A stretch of DNA of 64,000 nucleotides, taken from positions 384,001 through 448,000 of the forward strand of contig OY762897.2 in assembly GCA_963666515.2 (NCBI GenBank). The letters run 5' to 3'. Shown in pieces: positions 47,643 through 59,431 of the stretch. Under the pieces are notes generated by a model. The model was not told the DNA's origin. It saw only the letters and a program-made list of their open reading frames with translations, and searched no databases. Positions within the stretch are counted from its first letter, which is position 1; each line of letters starts with the position of its first letter. Position numbers and translations under genes: made by a program. This DNA comes from Candidatus Binatia bacterium (GTDB lineage Bacteria > Desulfobacterota > Binatia > UBA9968 > JAJDTQ01).

Positions 47643-48122
47643 ATGTTGACGGAGCAGGAACGCGAGAGGATCAGGGAGGAGGCGGCCCACTACGACTACC
47701 CGCAGGCGGCGTGCGTGGAGGCGCTGAAGATCGTCCAGGAAGGGCGCCGCTGGGTGTCGGACGAGCATCTGAAGGAGGTCGCCGGGCTGCTCGACATGAG
47801 CCCGGAGGCGCTGGACAGCGTGGCCACCTTCTACAACCTGATCTTCCGCAAGCCGGTGGGGGAGAACGTCATCCTCCTGTGCGACAGCGTCAGTTGCTGG
47901 ATCATGGGCTACGAGGACCTCTGCGCCCACCTCAAGGCGCGTCTCGGGGTGGAGTTGGGGGAAACCACCTCGGACGGCAAGTTCACGCTGCTTCCCATGG
48001 CCTGCCTCGGCACCTGCGACCGCGGCCCGGCCATGATGGTGGGGAACGACCTGCACCGGAACCTCGACAACGACAAGGTGGACGAGATACTCGGCCGCTA
48101 CCGGCAGCCGCCGGAGGCTTGA
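47643..48122 (+). CDS. nuoE: NADH:quinone oxidoreductase subunit E
   Basis: VATFY, CDSVSC, CLGTC. Confidence 0.95.
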   Translation: MLTEQERERIREEAAHYDYPQAACVEALKIVQEGRRWVSDEHLKEVAGLLDMSPEALDSVATFYNLIFRKPVGENVILLCDSVSCWIMGYEDLCAHLKARLGVELGETTSDGKFTLLPMACLGTCDRGPAMMVGNDLHRNLDNDKVDEILGRYRQPPEA

Positions 48123-48131
48123 GGCGGACCC

Positions 48132-49418
48132 ATGGCGAACGGATCATCCTTGGACAAGCCCCTCACCGGGGACCTGAGATCGGACGGCGGCGTGCTGGAC
48201 CTGGCGGCCTACGAGAAGGCCGGCGGATACGAGGCGCTCCGGCGGGTGATGAAGGAGATGACTCCGGCCGACGTCCTGAAGGAGGTGACGGACTCCAGGC
48301 TCCGGGGCCGCGGCGGCGCCGGATTCCCCACCGGCCAGAAGTGGAGCTTCGTGCCCATGGGCGACAACGCGCCCACGCCCAAGTATCTCGTGGCCAACGC
48401 CGACGAGATGGAGCCCGGCACCTTCAAGGACCGCATGCTGCTGGAAGGGAACCCGCACCTCCTCATCGAGGGGATGATCCTCTCGGCCTACACGATCCAG
48501 GCCACCAACGGGTACATCTTCCTGCGCTGGGCCTACAAGCTGGCCGCGGAGCGCATCACCCGGGCCTTGGCCGAGGCCCAGGACAAGGGCTACCTGGGGA
48601 AGAACATTCTGGGCTCCGACTACAGCTTCGAGCTGCACCTCCACACCAGCGCCGGCCGTTACATGTGCGGCGAAGAGACCGGCCTGCTCAACGCGCTGGA
48701 GGGCAAGCGCGCCAACCCCCGGGCCAAGCCGCCGTTCCCCCAGGTGAGCGGCCTCTGGGGCAAGCCCACCATCGTGCAGAACGTCGAGACCCTGTGCAAC
48801 GTGGCGCCGATCCTGCGCAACGGCGCCCAGTGGTACCTGGGGCTCAGCCGCAGCGAGGACGGCGGCACCAAGCTCTACGGCGTGAGCGGCAAGGTGCGGC
48901 GTCCCGGCGCCTGGGAGCTGCCGCTGGGCACCACCATACGGGAGATACTGGAACGCCAGGCCCGGGGCATGCGCGAGGGCTACAAGTTCCGCGGCGTCCT
49001 CCCCGGCGGCGCCTCCACGGACTTCCTGGTCGAAGAGCACCTGGACACCAAGATGGACTACGGCTCGGTGCAGGCCGCCGGCAGCCGCCTGGGCACCGGC
49101 CTGATGATCGTCCTGGACGACAAGACCTCGGTGGTGGGCATGGTGCTCAACCTGGAGCGCTTCTTCGCCCAGGAGTCCTGCGGCTGGTGCACGCCGTGCC
49201 GTGACGGCCTGCCCTGGACCGCGCGGATCCTCCAGGGGCTCCTGGAGGGCCGGGGACGGCCCGGCGACCTGGAGCGGCTGGAGATGCAGACCCGCATGAT
49301 GGGGCCCGGCAACACCTTCTGCGCGCTGGCGCCGGGCGCCATGGAGCCGTTGCAGAGCGCGCTCAAGTATTTTCGCGAGGACTTCGAGAGGCTGATACCC
49401 AAGAGCGACGCAGCGTAA
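48132..49418 (+). CDS. nuoF: NADH:quinone oxidoreductase subunit F
   Basis: GRGGAGFPTG, NADEMEPG, YMCGEETG, ESCGWCTPCR. Confidence 0.96.
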   Translation: MANGSSLDKPLTGDLRSDGGVLDLAAYEKAGGYEALRRVMKEMTPADVLKEVTDSRLRGRGGAGFPTGQKWSFVPMGDNAPTPKYLVANADEMEPGTFKDRMLLEGNPHLLIEGMILSAYTIQATNGYIFLRWAYKLAAERITRALAEAQDKGYLGKNILGSDYSFELHLHTSAGRYMCGEETGLLNALEGKRANPRAKPPFPQVSGLWGKPTIVQNVETLCNVAPILRNGAQWYLGLSRSEDGGTKLYGVSGKVRRPGAWELPLGTTIREILERQARGMREGYKFRGVLPGGASTDFLVEEHLDTKMDYGSVQAAGSRLGTGLMIVLDDKTSVVGMVLNLERFFAQESCGWCTPCRDGLPWTARILQGLLEGRGRPGDLERLEMQTRMMGPGNTFCALAPGAMEPLQSALKYFREDFERLIPKSDAA

Positions 49419-49423
49419 CGATC

Positions 49424-52120
49424 ATGGCCACCATCTACGTCGACGACCGGCCCTACGAGGTCGATCCCGGAAAGAACCTGCTGGAAGAGTGCCTCTCCAA
49501 GGGGCTGGACCTGCCGTACTTCTGCTGGCATCCCGCGCTGGGCTCGGTGGGCGCTTGCCGGCAATGCGCGGTCAAGCAGTACCGGGACGAGAACGACCAG
49601 CGCGGCCGCATCGTCATGGCCTGCATGACCCCGGCCATGGACGGCGCGCGCTTCTCCATCCGCGACAACGACGCGGTGCAGTTCCGCGCCGGCATCATCG
49701 AGCTGCTGATGAGCAACCACCCCCACGACTGTCCGGTGTGCGACGAGGGGGGGGAGTGCCACCTGCAGGACATGACGGTGATGACCGGCCACAACTACCG
49801 GGGCTACCGCTTCAACAAGCGCACCTTCACCAACCAGCAGTTGGGTCCGTTCATCAACCACGAGATGAACCGTTGCATCACCTGCTACCGTTGCGTGCGC
49901 TACTACCGGGACTACGCGGACGGCAAGGACCTGGACGCGTTCGCGTCGCACAACCACGTCTATTTCGGCCGCCACGAGGACGGCGCCCTGGAGAACGAGT
50001 TCAGCGGCAACCTGGTGGAGGTCTGCCCCACCGGCGTCTTCACCGACAAGACGCTGAAGGAGCACTACACCCGCAAGTGGGACCTGCAGACGGCTCCTTC
50101 CGTGTGCGCCCACTGCAGCCTCGGCTGCAACACCATCGCCGGCGAGCGTTACGGGGAGCTCCGGCGCATCCTCAACCGCTACAACGCCGAGGTCAACGGC
50201 TACTTCCTGTGCGACCGGGGCCGGTTCGGCTACGGCTTCGTCAACGGCGACAAGCGGCTGCGCCAGCCGCTGGTGCGCAGCGACGGCGAGAGCCGGACGG
50301 CGGGCGCGCCGGAGGCTCTGGCTTACGCGGCCTCGCTGTTGAAGCGGCAGTCCCGGGTCATCGGCATCGGCTCGCCGCGGGCGTCGCTGGAGGCCAACTT
50401 CGCGCTCCGCACGCTGGTGGGGGCCAGGAACTTCTTCAGCGGCATGGCGGCCGGGGAGGACCATCTGGTGGCCCGCATGTTGCGGGTGCTGCGCGGCAGC
50501 CGCGTGAGAACGCCGTCCCTGCGCGAGGTGGAGAACGCGGACGCGGTCTTCATCCTGGGCGAGGACGTCACCCAGACCGCCCCCCTGCTGGCGCTGGCGG
50601 TGCGCCAGGCGGTGAAGCAGGCGCCCAGAAGGGAGGCCATGCAGCTCCGCATCCCCCGCTGGGACGACGCGGCCCTGCGGGAGGTGATGCAGCAGCAGAA
50701 GGGGCCGCTCTACGTCGCCACCACCGGCGACACGCGGCTGGACGAGGTCGCCACCGCGAGCCTGCGCGGCGCTCCCGACGACCTGGCGCGGCTCGGGTTC
50801 GCGGTCGCCCGGGCGCTCGACGAGACCGCACCCGAGGTGGAGGGGTTGTCGGACGGCGTGCGCGCGCTGGCCGCGACCATCGCGGGCGCGTTGCGCGCGG
50901 CCGAGAGGCCGGTGCTGATCTCCGGGTCGGGTTGCGGCAGCGAGGCCGTGATCGACGCGGTGGCGCAGGTGGCCCGGGCGCTGGGGCAGGAACGGCCCGC
51001 GGACCTGTGTTTCACGGCGTCCGAGTGCAACAGCTTCGGCCTCGGCCTGCTCAACGCCATGAACACGTCGGAAGCCTTCCAGAGGGTGGAGGACGGGCAC
51101 GTGGACACCGTGGTGGTGCTGGAGAACGACCTGTACCGCCGGGCGCCCCGGGCCATGGTGGACTCCATGCTGGCGTCGGTCCATGTCATCGCCCTGGACC
51201 ACTCGGCCAGCGACACCACCGCCGGCGCCCACGTGGCGCTGCCGGCCGGTTCGTTCGCCGAGACCGAGGGCACCCTGGTGAGCAACGAGGGCCGGGCGCA
51301 GCGTTTCTACCAGGTCTACGTTCCCGAGGGAGACACGAGGCCGGGCTGGCGCTGGCTGCGCGACCTGGCCCAGGCCGCCGGACGCAACGAGCTGGCGGCC
51401 CTGGGGTCGCCGGACGATCTCCTGGCCGCGCTGGCCCGGGCGGTGCCGGTGTTCGCGCCGTTGCCCGAGAGCCTGCCCACCGCGGCGTTCCGGGTGAGCG
51501 GCGAGAAGGTGCCGCGCCTGTCGCCGCGCGCCAGCGGACGTACGGCCGTGCAGGCGGACGTGAGCGTCCACGAGCCCAAGCCGCCCGGAGACCCGGACTC
51601 ACCGCTGGCGTTCTCCATGGAGGGCTATCCCCAGCAGCCGCCGTCGCCGCTCATCACGCGGTTCTGGGCGCCGGGGTGGAACTCCGTGCAGTCGCTGAAC
51701 AAGTTCCAGGCCGAAGTGGGCGGCGCGCTGACCGGGGGCGACCCCGGAGTACGGCTGCTGGAACCCGGTCCGAACGGAGACGCGTCCTACGTCACGGACG
51801 TGCCGCCGCCGTTCGAACGGCGCGCCGGCGAGGTCCTGGTGGTGCCGCTGCATCACATATTCGGGTCGGACGAATTGAGCGCGGCCGCTCCGGCCGTGGC
51901 CCAGCGGAGCCCCGGGCCGTATGCCGCGCTGAACCCGCAGGACGCGGAGCGGTTGGGCGTGGAGGAAGGAGCGTTGGTGGAGATCGAGCTGGCCGGGGCC
52001 GCCTGCCGGTTGCCGGCGCGTCTGACCGCGGGCATGGCCGCGGGAGTTCTCGGCGTGCCCATGGGGGTCGCCGTCCAGGGCGCCGACATCCCGGCCTGGA
52101 GTCCGTGCCGCAAGGTGTGA
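49424..52120 (+). CDS. nuoG: NADH:quinone oxidoreductase subunit G
   Basis: FCWHP...[26 protein letters not shown]7 motif CAHCSLGC. Confidence 0.96.
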   Translation: MATIYVDDRPYEVDPGKNLLEECLSKGLDLPYFCWHPALGSVGACRQCAVKQYRDENDQRGRIVMACMTPAMDGARFSIRDNDAVQFRAGIIELLMSNHPHDCPVCDEGGECHLQDMTVMTGHNYRGYRFNKRTFTNQQLGPFINHEMNRCITCYRCVRYYRDYADGKDLDAFASHNHVYFGRHEDGALENEFSGNLVEVCPTGVFTDKTLKEHYTRKWDLQTAPSVCAHCSLGCNTIAGERYGELRRILNRYNAEVNGYFLCDRGRFGYGFVNGDKRLRQPLVRSDGESRTAGAPEALAYAASLLKRQSRVIGIGSPRASLEANFALRTLVGARNFFSGMAAGEDHLVARMLRVLRGSRVRTPSLREVENADAVFILGEDVTQTAPLLALAVRQAVKQAPRREAMQLRIPRWDDAALREVMQQQKGPLYVATTGDTRLDEVATASLRGAPDDLARLGFAVARALDETAPEVEGLSDGVRALAATIAGALRAAERPVLISGSGCGSEAVIDAVAQVARALGQERPADLCFTASECNSFGLGLLNAMNTSEAFQRVEDGHVDTVVVLENDLYRRAPRAMVDSMLASVHVIALDHSASDTTAGAHVALPAGSFAETEGTLVSNEGRAQRFYQVYVPEGDTRPGWRWLRDLAQAAGRNELAALGSPDDLLAALARAVPVFAPLPESLPTAAFRVSGEKVPRLSPRASGRTAVQADVSVHEPKPPGDPDSPLAFSMEGYPQQPPSPLITRFWAPGWNSVQSLNKFQAEVGGALTGGDPGVRLLEPGPNGDASYVTDVPPPFERRAGEVLVVPLHHIFGSDELSAAAPAVAQRSPGPYAALNPQDAERLGVEEGALVEIELAGAACRLPARLTAGMAAGVLGVPMGVAVQGADIPAWSPCRKV

Positions 52121-52121
52121 C

Positions 52122-53078
52122 GTGAAGGACGTGCTGTTGCAGATCGCCGTGGTCCTGGGGGTGCTCAACGCGCCTCTGATCCTGGCCGCGCTGCTCATCT
52201 GGCTGGAGCGGCGTTTCCTGGCGCTGCTGCAGGACCGCTACGGCCCCAACCGGGTGGGGCCGTTCGGCCTCGGCATCGTGCTGGCCGACATGATCAAGAT
52301 CTTCACCAAGGAGGACTGGGTGCCGCCGTTCGCGGACCGGACGGTGTTCACGCTGGCGCCCGCGGTCATCGTCGTCACCGGGCTCATGTCCGTGGCCGTG
52401 ATCCCCATCACCGAGACCATCGGCGTCACCGACCTCAACATCGGCCTGCTGTTCTTCCTCGCCATGTCGTCCATGGGCGTCTACAGCGTGGTGCTGGCGG
52501 GCTGGGCCTCCAACAACAAGTACGCGTTGCTGGGCGGGCTCCGGGCCTCCGCGCAGATGGTCAGCTACGAGGTCTTCATGGGCCTCTCGCTCATGGGCGT
52601 GGTGCTGATGGCGGGCTCCTTCAGCCTGCGCGAGATCGTCGAGGCGCAACGGGAGATGTGGTTCATCGTGCCGCAGTTCCTGGGCTTCGCCATCTTCTTC
52701 ATCGCCGGGCTGGCGGAGACCCACCGGCTGCCTTTCGACCTGCCCGAGGCCGAGGCCGAGCTGGTGGCGGGTTTCCACTCGGAGTACTCGGGGATGAAGT
52801 TCGGCATGTTCTTCGTCGGCGAGTACGTCGGCGTGACCGTGGTCTCGGCCATGATCGTCACGCTGTTCTTCGGCGGCTGGACCGGGCCGGTGCTGCCGGG
52901 CATCGTGTGGTTCGGGCTGAAGCTGCTGTTCTTCATCCTGGTGTTCATCACGCTGCGGGCGGCGCTGCCGCGGCCGCGCTTCGACCAGTTGATGTCTTTC
53001 GGCTGGAAGGTGCTCTTGCCGTTATCGCTGCTGAACCTGGTGGTGACGGCGGGGGTGTTGTTGCTCTTGAAGGCTTGA
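52122..53078 (+). CDS. nuoH: NADH:quinone oxidoreductase subunit H
   Basis: [31 protein letters not shown]. Confidence 0.96.
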   Translation: MKDVLLQIAVVLGVLNAPLILAALLIWLERRFLALLQDRYGPNRVGPFGLGIVLADMIKIFTKEDWVPPFADRTVFTLAPAVIVVTGLMSVAVIPITETIGVTDLNIGLLFFLAMSSMGVYSVVLAGWASNNKYALLGGLRASAQMVSYEVFMGLSLMGVVLMAGSFSLREIVEAQREMWFIVPQFLGFAIFFIAGLAETHRLPFDLPEAEAELVAGFHSEYSGMKFGMFFVGEYVGVTVVSAMIVTLFFGGWTGPVLPGIVWFGLKLLFFILVFITLRAALPRPRFDQLMSFGWKVLLPLSLLNLVVTAGVLLLLKA

Positions 53079-53088
53079 GGAGTCGCCG

Positions 53089-53604
53089 ATGTTGAGCATG
53101 CTGAGGACCATCTGGACGGTGTTTCTGCACCTTTTCCGGCGGCCCGTGACGGTGCAGTATCCGGAAGAGAAGCCGTACCTGCCGCCGCGTTACCGGGGCC
53201 GGATCATCCTCTCCCGGGACCCGGACGGCGACGAACGCTGCGTGGGCTGCTACCTCTGCTCCGCCGCCTGCCCGGTGGACTGCATCGCCCTCCAGGCCGG
53301 GGAGCGGGACGACGGACGGCGTTACCCCGAGTGGTTCCGCATCAACTTCTCGCGCTGCATCTTCTGCGGCCTGTGCGAGGAGGCTTGCCCCACCTACGCC
53401 ATCCAGCTCACCCCCGATTTCGAGCTGTGCGACTACGACCGGCAGAGCCTCGTCTACGAGAAAGAGGACCTGCTGATAAACGGCCCCGGCAAGTATCCGG
53501 GCTACAACTTCTACCGGGTCGCCGGCCTCGCCGTCAGCGGCAAGGACAAGGGCGCGTCGGAGAACGAAGACAAGCCCGTGGACGTGAAGAGTCTGCTGCC
53601 GTGA
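53089..53604 (+). CDS. nuoI: NADH:quinone oxidoreductase subunit I
   Basis: Two CxxCxxCxxxCP motifs. Confidence 0.96.
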   Translation: MLSMLRTIWTVFLHLFRRPVTVQYPEEKPYLPPRYRGRIILSRDPDGDERCVGCYLCSAACPVDCIALQAGERDDGRRYPEWFRINFSRCIFCGLCEEACPTYAIQLTPDFELCDYDRQSLVYEKEDLLINGPGKYPGYNFYRVAGLAVSGKDKGASENEDKPVDVKSLLP

Positions 53605-54116
53605 CCGTCATCTTCTACCTGGCCGCCGCGGTTGCGGTCTTCGCAACGGCCATGGTCATCACCCGCTCCAACGCGGTGCACGCGCTGTTGTACATGGTGG
53701 TGTCGCTGCTGTCGCTGGCGCTGATCTTCTTCACCCTGGGGGCGCCCTTCGTGGCGGCGCTGGAGGTGATCATCTACGCCGGCGCCATCGTGGTGCTGTT
53801 CGTGTTCGTGATCATGATGCTCAACCTGGGCGCCGAGGCCACCGCGCGCGAACGGCAATGGCTGCAGCCCCGGGCGTGGCGCGGGCCGGCAATCCTCTGC
53901 GCCGTCCTGTTCGTCGAGTTCCTGGCGCTCCTGGTGGTGGAGCCCGGCCAGGCGGGCGCCCCGGCCGCGGTGGGGGTCAAGCGCGTGGGCGCCGCGCTCT
54001 ACGGCCCCTACGTGCTGGGGGTGGAGTTGGCCGCGATGCTGCTGCTGGCCGGCCTGGTGGGGGCTTTTCACCTGGGCCGCCGGATCCCGTCGGACGGCGA
54101 GGAGGGCGAGTCCTGA
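53601..54116 (+). CDS. nuoJ: NADH:quinone oxidoreductase subunit J
   Basis: [25 protein letters not shown]; GTGA overlap with nuoI. Confidence 0.93.
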   Translation: MTVIFYLAAAVAVFATAMVITRSNAVHALLYMVVSLLSLALIFFTLGAPFVAALEVIIYAGAIVVLFVFVIMMLNLGAEATARERQWLQPRAWRGPAILCAVLFVEFLALLVVEPGQAGAPAAVGVKRVGAALYGPYVLGVELAAMLLLAGLVGAFHLGRRIPSDGEEGES

Positions 54117-54424
54117 TGGCCGCGGTCCCCCTGGAGCACGGCCTCGCGCTGGCCGCGGTGCTGTTCGGGCTGGGCCTGGCGGGGGTGCTGGTGCGCCGCA
54201 ACATCATCTTCGTGCTGCTGTCGCTGGAGATCATGCTCAATGCCGCGGCCCTGGCCTTCGTGGTGGCGGGCGCCCACTGGGGCCAGGCCGACGGCCAGGT
54301 CATGTTCTTCTTCATCCTGGCCATGGCCGCGGCCGAGGTGGCGGTGGGTCTGGCGCTGGTGGTGCAGATCTACCATCGCTACAACACCCTGGACGTGGAC
54401 GCCGTGAGCCGCATGAGAGGATGA
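54116..54424 (+). CDS. nuoK: NADH:quinone oxidoreductase subunit K
   Basis: [27 protein letters not shown]. Confidence 0.95.
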   Translation: MAAVPLEHGLALAAVLFGLGLAGVLVRRNIIFVLLSLEIMLNAAALAFVVAGAHWGQADGQVMFFFILAMAAAEVAVGLALVVQIYHRYNTLDVDAVSRMRG

Positions 54425-54425
54425 C

Positions 54426-56336
54426 ATGCTAGAGCTGCTGTGGCTGATACCCGCCCTCCCTCTCCTCGGCTTCCTCGTCCTCATGCTGGCCGGGTCGCGC
54501 CTCTCGCGCACCGAGGTGGCGTGCGTGGGCTGTGGCTCCATCGGCCTGTCCGCGGTGGTCACCCTGATCGTGGGGCTGAGCTTCATGGCCGCGCCCCCCG
54601 CCGGCGCCCGCTTCACCCAGACCCTGTGGGTGTGGGTGGACGTGGCCGGTTTTCGTCCCGCCTTCGCCTTCTACCTGGACGCGCTGTCGCTCACGATGAT
54701 CTTCGTAGTGACGTTCGTGGGCTTCCTCATCCACCTCTACTCGGTCGAGTACATGATGGAGGAGGAAGAAGGTTACAGCCGCTTCTTCGCCTACATGAAC
54801 CTGTTCGTGTGCGCCATGCTCACGCTGCTCTTGGCGGACAACCTGATGCTGCTGCTGCTGGGCTGGGAGGGCGTGGGCCTGTGCTCCTACCTGCTGATCG
54901 GCTTCTTCTACAAGGACGAGGCCAACGGACAGGCCGCCAGCAAGGCTTTCATCGTCACCCGGGTGGGAGACACCGCCATGCTGATGGCGCTCTTCCTGCT
55001 GTTCGCCGAGCTGGGCACGCTGGACATCCAGGAACTGCTCCAGCGCGCCGGACAGCAGTTCCAGCCGGGTTCCGGCTTGGCGGTGGCGGTGGCGCTGCTG
55101 CTGCTGGGCGGGGCCGTGGGCAAGTCCGCGCAGCTTCCGCTCCAGACCTGGCTTCCGGACGCCATGGCCGGCCCCACGCCGGTGAGCGCCCTGATCCACG
55201 CGGCCACCATGGTCACGGCCGGGGTCTATCTCATCGCGCGCACCCACGCGCTGTTCACCCTGGCGCCGGCGGTGCTGACGCTGGTGGCGGTCATAGGCAC
55301 ACTGACGCTGCTGATGGCGGGCTTCGCCGCGCTGGTGCAGACCGACATCAAGCGCGTGCTGGCCTACTCCACCATCAGCCAGATCGGCTACATGTTCCTG
55401 GCCCTGGGGGTGGGGGCGTGGTCCGCGGCGCTGTTCCACTTCATGATCCACGCCTTCTTCAAGGCGCTGCTGTTCCTGGGCGCGGGCGCGGTGATCATGT
55501 GCCTGCACCACGAGCAGGACATGCGCCGCATGGGCGGACTGCGCCGGCTCATGCCGTTCACCTTCTGGTGCTTCCTCATCGGCTCCGGGGCGCTGGCGGC
55601 CATCCCGGTGGTGACCGCGGGCTTCTACAGCAAGGACCTGATCATCTGGAACGCCTACAACTCGGAGATCGGCGGGGTCTGGCTCTGGGCCGGCGCCTTC
55701 GCGGGCGCGTTCCTGACCTCCATCTACACCTTCCGCATGGTGTTCCTGACCTTCTACCGGGAGGCCACCGAACGGGTGAAGAAGCTCCTGCCCATCCACC
55801 AGCCCGGGCCGTGCGTGCACATCCCGCTGGGGGTGCTGGCGGTGCTTTCCGTCGTCGCCGGGGTCATCGAGCTGCCCCACACCATGGGGAAGCTCACGCT
55901 GTTCTCTGATTTCCTGAACACGGCGCTGCCGGCGTATCACGGCGCCCCGGCGAGCTACGGCATCGAGCTTGTGTTCGAGCTGCTGGCCGCGGCCGCCTCC
56001 CTCGGCGGCATCTACCTCGTCTGGGTGCTGGTCATGGGGCCGCCCGGCGCCATGCAGCGCATCGCCGCGCTGCCCTGGGCGCCCCGGGTGGAACGGCTGT
56101 GGCTTTCGGGCTGGGGGTTCGACGCGCTGTATGACACGCTCTTCGTCCGGCCGTACCTGTGGTGCGCGCGGGTCAACAGGGACGATTTCATCGACGCCGG
56201 CTACCGCGCCGTGGCCTTCGTCACCGAGATGCTGCACTTCACGGCCACCCTGACCCAGACGGGCGCGGTGCGGTGGTACGCCACCGGCATCGCGGTGGGG
56301 GCCGTCCTGACCGTGGGACTGGTGATCCTGCTATGA
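54426..56336 (+). CDS. nuoL: NADH:quinone oxidoreductase subunit L
   Basis: GWEGVGLCSYLLIGF, GKSAQLPLQTWLPDAMAGPTPVSALIHAATM. Confidence 0.96.
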   Translation: MLELLWLIPALPLLGFLVLMLAGSRLSRTEVACVGCGSIGLSAVVTLIVGLSFMAAPPAGARFTQTLWVWVDVAGFRPAFAFYLDALSLTMIFVVTFVGFLIHLYSVEYMMEEEEGYSRFFAYMNLFVCAMLTLLLADNLMLLLLGWEGVGLCSYLLIGFFYKDEANGQAASKAFIVTRVGDTAMLMALFLLFAELGTLDIQELLQRAGQQFQPGSGLAVAVALLLLGGAVGKSAQLPLQTWLPDAMAGPTPVSALIHAATMVTAGVYLIARTHALFTLAPAVLTLVAVIGTLTLLMAGFAALVQTDIKRVLAYSTISQIGYMFLALGVGAWSAALFHFMIHAFFKALLFLGAGAVIMCLHHEQDMRRMGGLRRLMPFTFWCFLIGSGALAAIPVVTAGFYSKDLIIWNAYNSEIGGVWLWAGAFAGAFLTSIYTFRMVFLTFYREATERVKKLLPIHQPGPCVHIPLGVLAVLSVVAGVIELPHTMGKLTLFSDFLNTALPAYHGAPASYGIELVFELLAAAASLGGIYLVWVLVMGPPGAMQRIAALPWAPRVERLWLSGWGFDALYDTLFVRPYLWCARVNRDDFIDAGYRAVAFVTEMLHFTATLTQTGAVRWYATGIAVGAVLTVGLVILL

Positions 56337-57961
56337 GCCTTGCCTGGATTCTGCTTCTGCCCCTGGCGGGCGGACTGGCGGCGTGGATCGCCGGACGCCG
56401 GAGCGACCTGTGGCCGCGCTGGATCTCGCTGGGGACGGCGCTGCTCCACCTGCTGCTCCTGCTCGTGACCTGGGGCGTCTTCTTCGCCCGCGCCGAGACC
56501 GCGGAGGGCGGCTGGCTCATGGTCTACAAGCAGCCGTGGATCCCGCAGTTGGGCATCAGCTTCCACCTGGCGGTGGACGGCCTGAGTCTGCTGCTGCTGC
56601 TCCTGACGAGCTTTCTGACCGTGCTGGCGGTGCTGACCTCGTGGACCTCGGTGACGCGGTCGGTGGGGTTCTTCCATTTCAACCTGCTGCTCATCCTCAC
56701 CGCGCTGTCGGGCGTGTTCATCGCCTTCGACCTGTTCCTGTTCTTCGCCTTCTGGGAGATCTCGCTGCTGCCGCTGTACTTCCTCATCGGCATCTGGGGC
56801 TACGAGAACCGGGTCTACGCCACCACCAAGTTCTTCATCATCACCCAGGGGAGCGGGCTGCTGATGCTGCTGGCGATCCTGGGACTGGTGGTGGTGCACT
56901 GGCAGTCCACCGGCGTCATGACCTTCGACTACCTGGAGCTGGTGGGGACGCCCATGTCGAACGCCACCGCGTGGTGGCTCATGCTGGGCTTCTTCATCGC
57001 GTTCGCGGTCAAGCTGCCGGTGGTGCCGTTCCACACGTGGCTGCCGGACGCCCACACGCAGGCGCCCACCGCCGGCAGCGTGGCGCTGGCGGGACTGGTG
57101 CTCAAGATCGGCGCCTACGGCATGCTGCGGTTCGTGATGCCGCTCTTCCCCCAGGCGGCCGCGGACTTCGCCCTCGTCGCCATGATCCTGGCGGTGGTGG
57201 GGATTCTCTACGGCGCGCTGCTGGCGCTGGGCCAGACCGACCTGAAACGCATGGTGGCCTACACCAGCATCAGCCACATGGGCTTCGTCCTGCTGGGGAT
57301 CTTCGCGTGGAACGAGCTGGCGCTCCAGGGCGCGGTGATCATCATGCTCTCCCACGGCTTCAGCGCGGCCGCCCTGTTCATGCTGGTGGGCGACCTGCAG
57401 CACCGCACGCATACGCGCGACCTCGGCCGCTTCGGCGGCCTGTGGAACGTCATACCGCGTATGGGCGGCGTCGGCCTCTTCTTCGCCATGGCCTCCTTGG
57501 GGCTGCCGGGGCTCGCGAGCTTCATCGGCGAGTTCCTGGTGCTCATGGGCGCGTTCCAGGTGAACGTGCCGCTGACGGTGCTGGCCTCGGTGGGCTTGGT
57601 GGCCGCCACCGTCTATTCGCTGTGGATGATGCAGAAGGTCTACTACGGCGCCAACACGGGGGACTGGAAACTGGACGACACCAACGGCCGGGAGATGGCG
57701 GTCATGGCGTCCCTCATCGGCGCGACGCTCTGGCTGGGGCTCTACCCGCAGCCGGTGTTGACCACTTCCGGCGACGCGCTGGCGCAGATGCGGCAATTCG
57801 CCGACAAGGCCCGCAAGGCGTCGTCGCGGGAAGTCCGCGGCGCCGAGGGCAGCCCGTCGGCGGCCTCGGCCCGCACTCCGAAGCCGCGCGTCCCGGCCGG
57901 GGACGGTCGCGAGGCCGGTACCGTCGCAGCCGCGTCGCGGGATGGAGGTAGCCTGCCGTGA
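56333..57961 (+). CDS. nuoM: NADH:quinone oxidoreductase subunit M
   Basis: FAVKLPVVPFHTWLPDAH, AYTSISHMG, LGLPG..FIGE; ATGA overlap with nuoL. Confidence 0.95.
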   Translation: MSLAWILLLPLAGGLAAWIAGRRSDLWPRWISLGTALLHLLLLLVTWGVFFARAETAEGGWLMVYKQPWIPQLGISFHLAVDGLSLLLLLLTSFLTVLAVLTSWTSVTRSVGFFHFNLLLILTALSGVFIAFDLFLFFAFWEISLLPLYFLIGIWGYENRVYATTKFFIITQGSGLLMLLAILGLVVVHWQSTGVMTFDYLELVGTPMSNATAWWLMLGFFIAFAVKLPVVPFHTWLPDAHTQAPTAGSVALAGLVLKIGAYGMLRFVMPLFPQAAADFALVAMILAVVGILYGALLALGQTDLKRMVAYTSISHMGFVLLGIFAWNELALQGAVIIMLSHGFSAAALFMLVGDLQHRTHTRDLGRFGGLWNVIPRMGGVGLFFAMASLGLPGLASFIGEFLVLMGAFQVNVPLTVLASVGLVAATVYSLWMMQKVYYGANTGDWKLDDTNGREMAVMASLIGATLWLGLYPQPVLTTSGDALAQMRQFADKARKASSREVRGAEGSPSAASARTPKPRVPAGDGREAGTVAAASRDGGSLP

Positions 57962-59400
57962 ACGTGTTTGGCGCATTGACCCCCATCGTGCTCCTGGGGC
58001 TGACGCCGCTGGTGCTCATGCTGGTGATCTCGTTCCGGCGCGACCACCGGCTCGCCGTGCTGCTGTCCCTGGCGGGTCTGGCGCTGACGCTGGCGGTGCT
58101 GCCGGGCGCGGTCCCGAGCACCGCGCCGCCGGTGGCTCCGCTGCTGGCCATGGACGCCTACGCGCTGTTCTACATCGGGCTGCTCACCGCGGCCACCATG
58201 GTGGTGGTGGTGCTGTCGTACGGCTACCTGGAGCGCATGCCGGGGAATCGCGAGGAGTTCTACCTGCTGCTCACGCTGGCCACCTTCGGCTGCGCCGTGC
58301 TGACCGCCAGCAACCACTTCGTGTCGTTCTTCCTGGGGCTGGAGATACTGAGCGTGTCCCTCTACGGTCTGGTGGCCTATCTCCGCACCACCCGGACCGC
58401 GCTGGAGTCCGGCGTCAAGTACCTGATCCTGGCGGCGGCGTCCGCGGCCTTCCTGCTGTTCGGCATGGCGCTCATCTACGCGGACCTGGGCACCATGGAC
58501 TTCACCGCCATGACGTCGGTGCTGGCCGGCAAGGCGCGGGAACCGACCCTGCTGCTGCTCGGCGGCTTCGGCATGGTGGTCATCGGCGCCGGCTTCAAGC
58601 TGGCCGTGGTGCCGTTCCACATGTGGGCGCCGGACGTCTACCAGGGCGCGCCGACGCCGGTGACGGCCTATCTGACCACCGTGTCCAAGGGCGCCATGGT
58701 GGCGCTGCTGCTCCGCTACGGCCAGTACGGCGGACTCCTGGACTACGAGTCGGTGGCGATCGTGCTGGCCATCATCGCCGTGGCCTCCATGTTCCTCGGC
58801 AACCTCCTGGCGCTGCTGCAGGAGAACGTCAAGCGCCTGCTGGCCTACTCCTCCATCGCCCATCTCGGCTACCTGCTGGTGGCGGTGATCGCCGCCTCCC
58901 GCGAGGGCTCCCACGCGGTGACGTTCTACCTGGTGGCCTATTTCATCACCTCGCTGGGCATCTTCGGCATCATCACGGCGCTGTCGGACGAGCGCAAGGA
59001 GGCCGACGAGGTCAGCGACTACCGTGGCCTCTTCTGGCGCCGCCCCTGGGTCAGCGGCGCGTTGTCGCTGATGCTGTTCTCGCTCGCAGGCATTCCCCTC
59101 ACCGCGGGTTTCGTGGGGAAGTTCTACGTCCTCACCGCCGGCGTCCTGTCTGACCTCTGGACCCTGGTGATCCTGCTCGTGGTCAGCAGCGTCATCGGCC
59201 TCTACTACTACTTGCGCATCATCATCACCCTGTACCTGTCCGCCCCCGACGACCCGTCCTCACCCCTGCCCGCCACCCGCCGTTTCTCCCTCCCGGAGGG
59301 ACTGGTACTCGCCGGATTGACCGTGCTGCTGATCTGGTTCGGTGTCTATCCCACCACGCTCCTCGGCGCGATCCAGGCGGCTGTCGGCAGTCTTGCCTAA
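57958..59400 (+). CDS. nuoN: NADH:quinone oxidoreductase subunit N
   Basis: FKLAVVPFHMWAPDVYQGAP, KRLLAYSSIAH, SLAGIP..GFVGK. Confidence 0.96.
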   Translation: MNVFGALTPIVLLGLTPLVLMLVISFRRDHRLAVLLSLAGLALTLAVLPGAVPSTAPPVAPLLAMDAYALFYIGLLTAATMVVVVLSYGYLERMPGNREEFYLLLTLATFGCAVLTASNHFVSFFLGLEILSVSLYGLVAYLRTTRTALESGVKYLILAAASAAFLLFGMALIYADLGTMDFTAMTSVLAGKAREPTLLLLGGFGMVVIGAGFKLAVVPFHMWAPDVYQGAPTPVTAYLTTVSKGAMVALLLRYGQYGGLLDYESVAIVLAIIAVASMFLGNLLALLQENVKRLLAYSSIAHLGYLLVAVIAASREGSHAVTFYLVAYFITSLGIFGIITALSDERKEADEVSDYRGLFWRRPWVSGALSLMLFSLAGIPLTAGFVGKFYVLTAGVLSDLWTLVILLVVSSVIGLYYYLRIIITLYLSAPDDPSSPLPATRRFSLPEGLVLAGLTVLLIWFGVYPTTLLGAIQAAVGSLA

Positions 59401-59431
59401 GGGACGGCGAGAGAAGGTTTTTTGTGACTCG

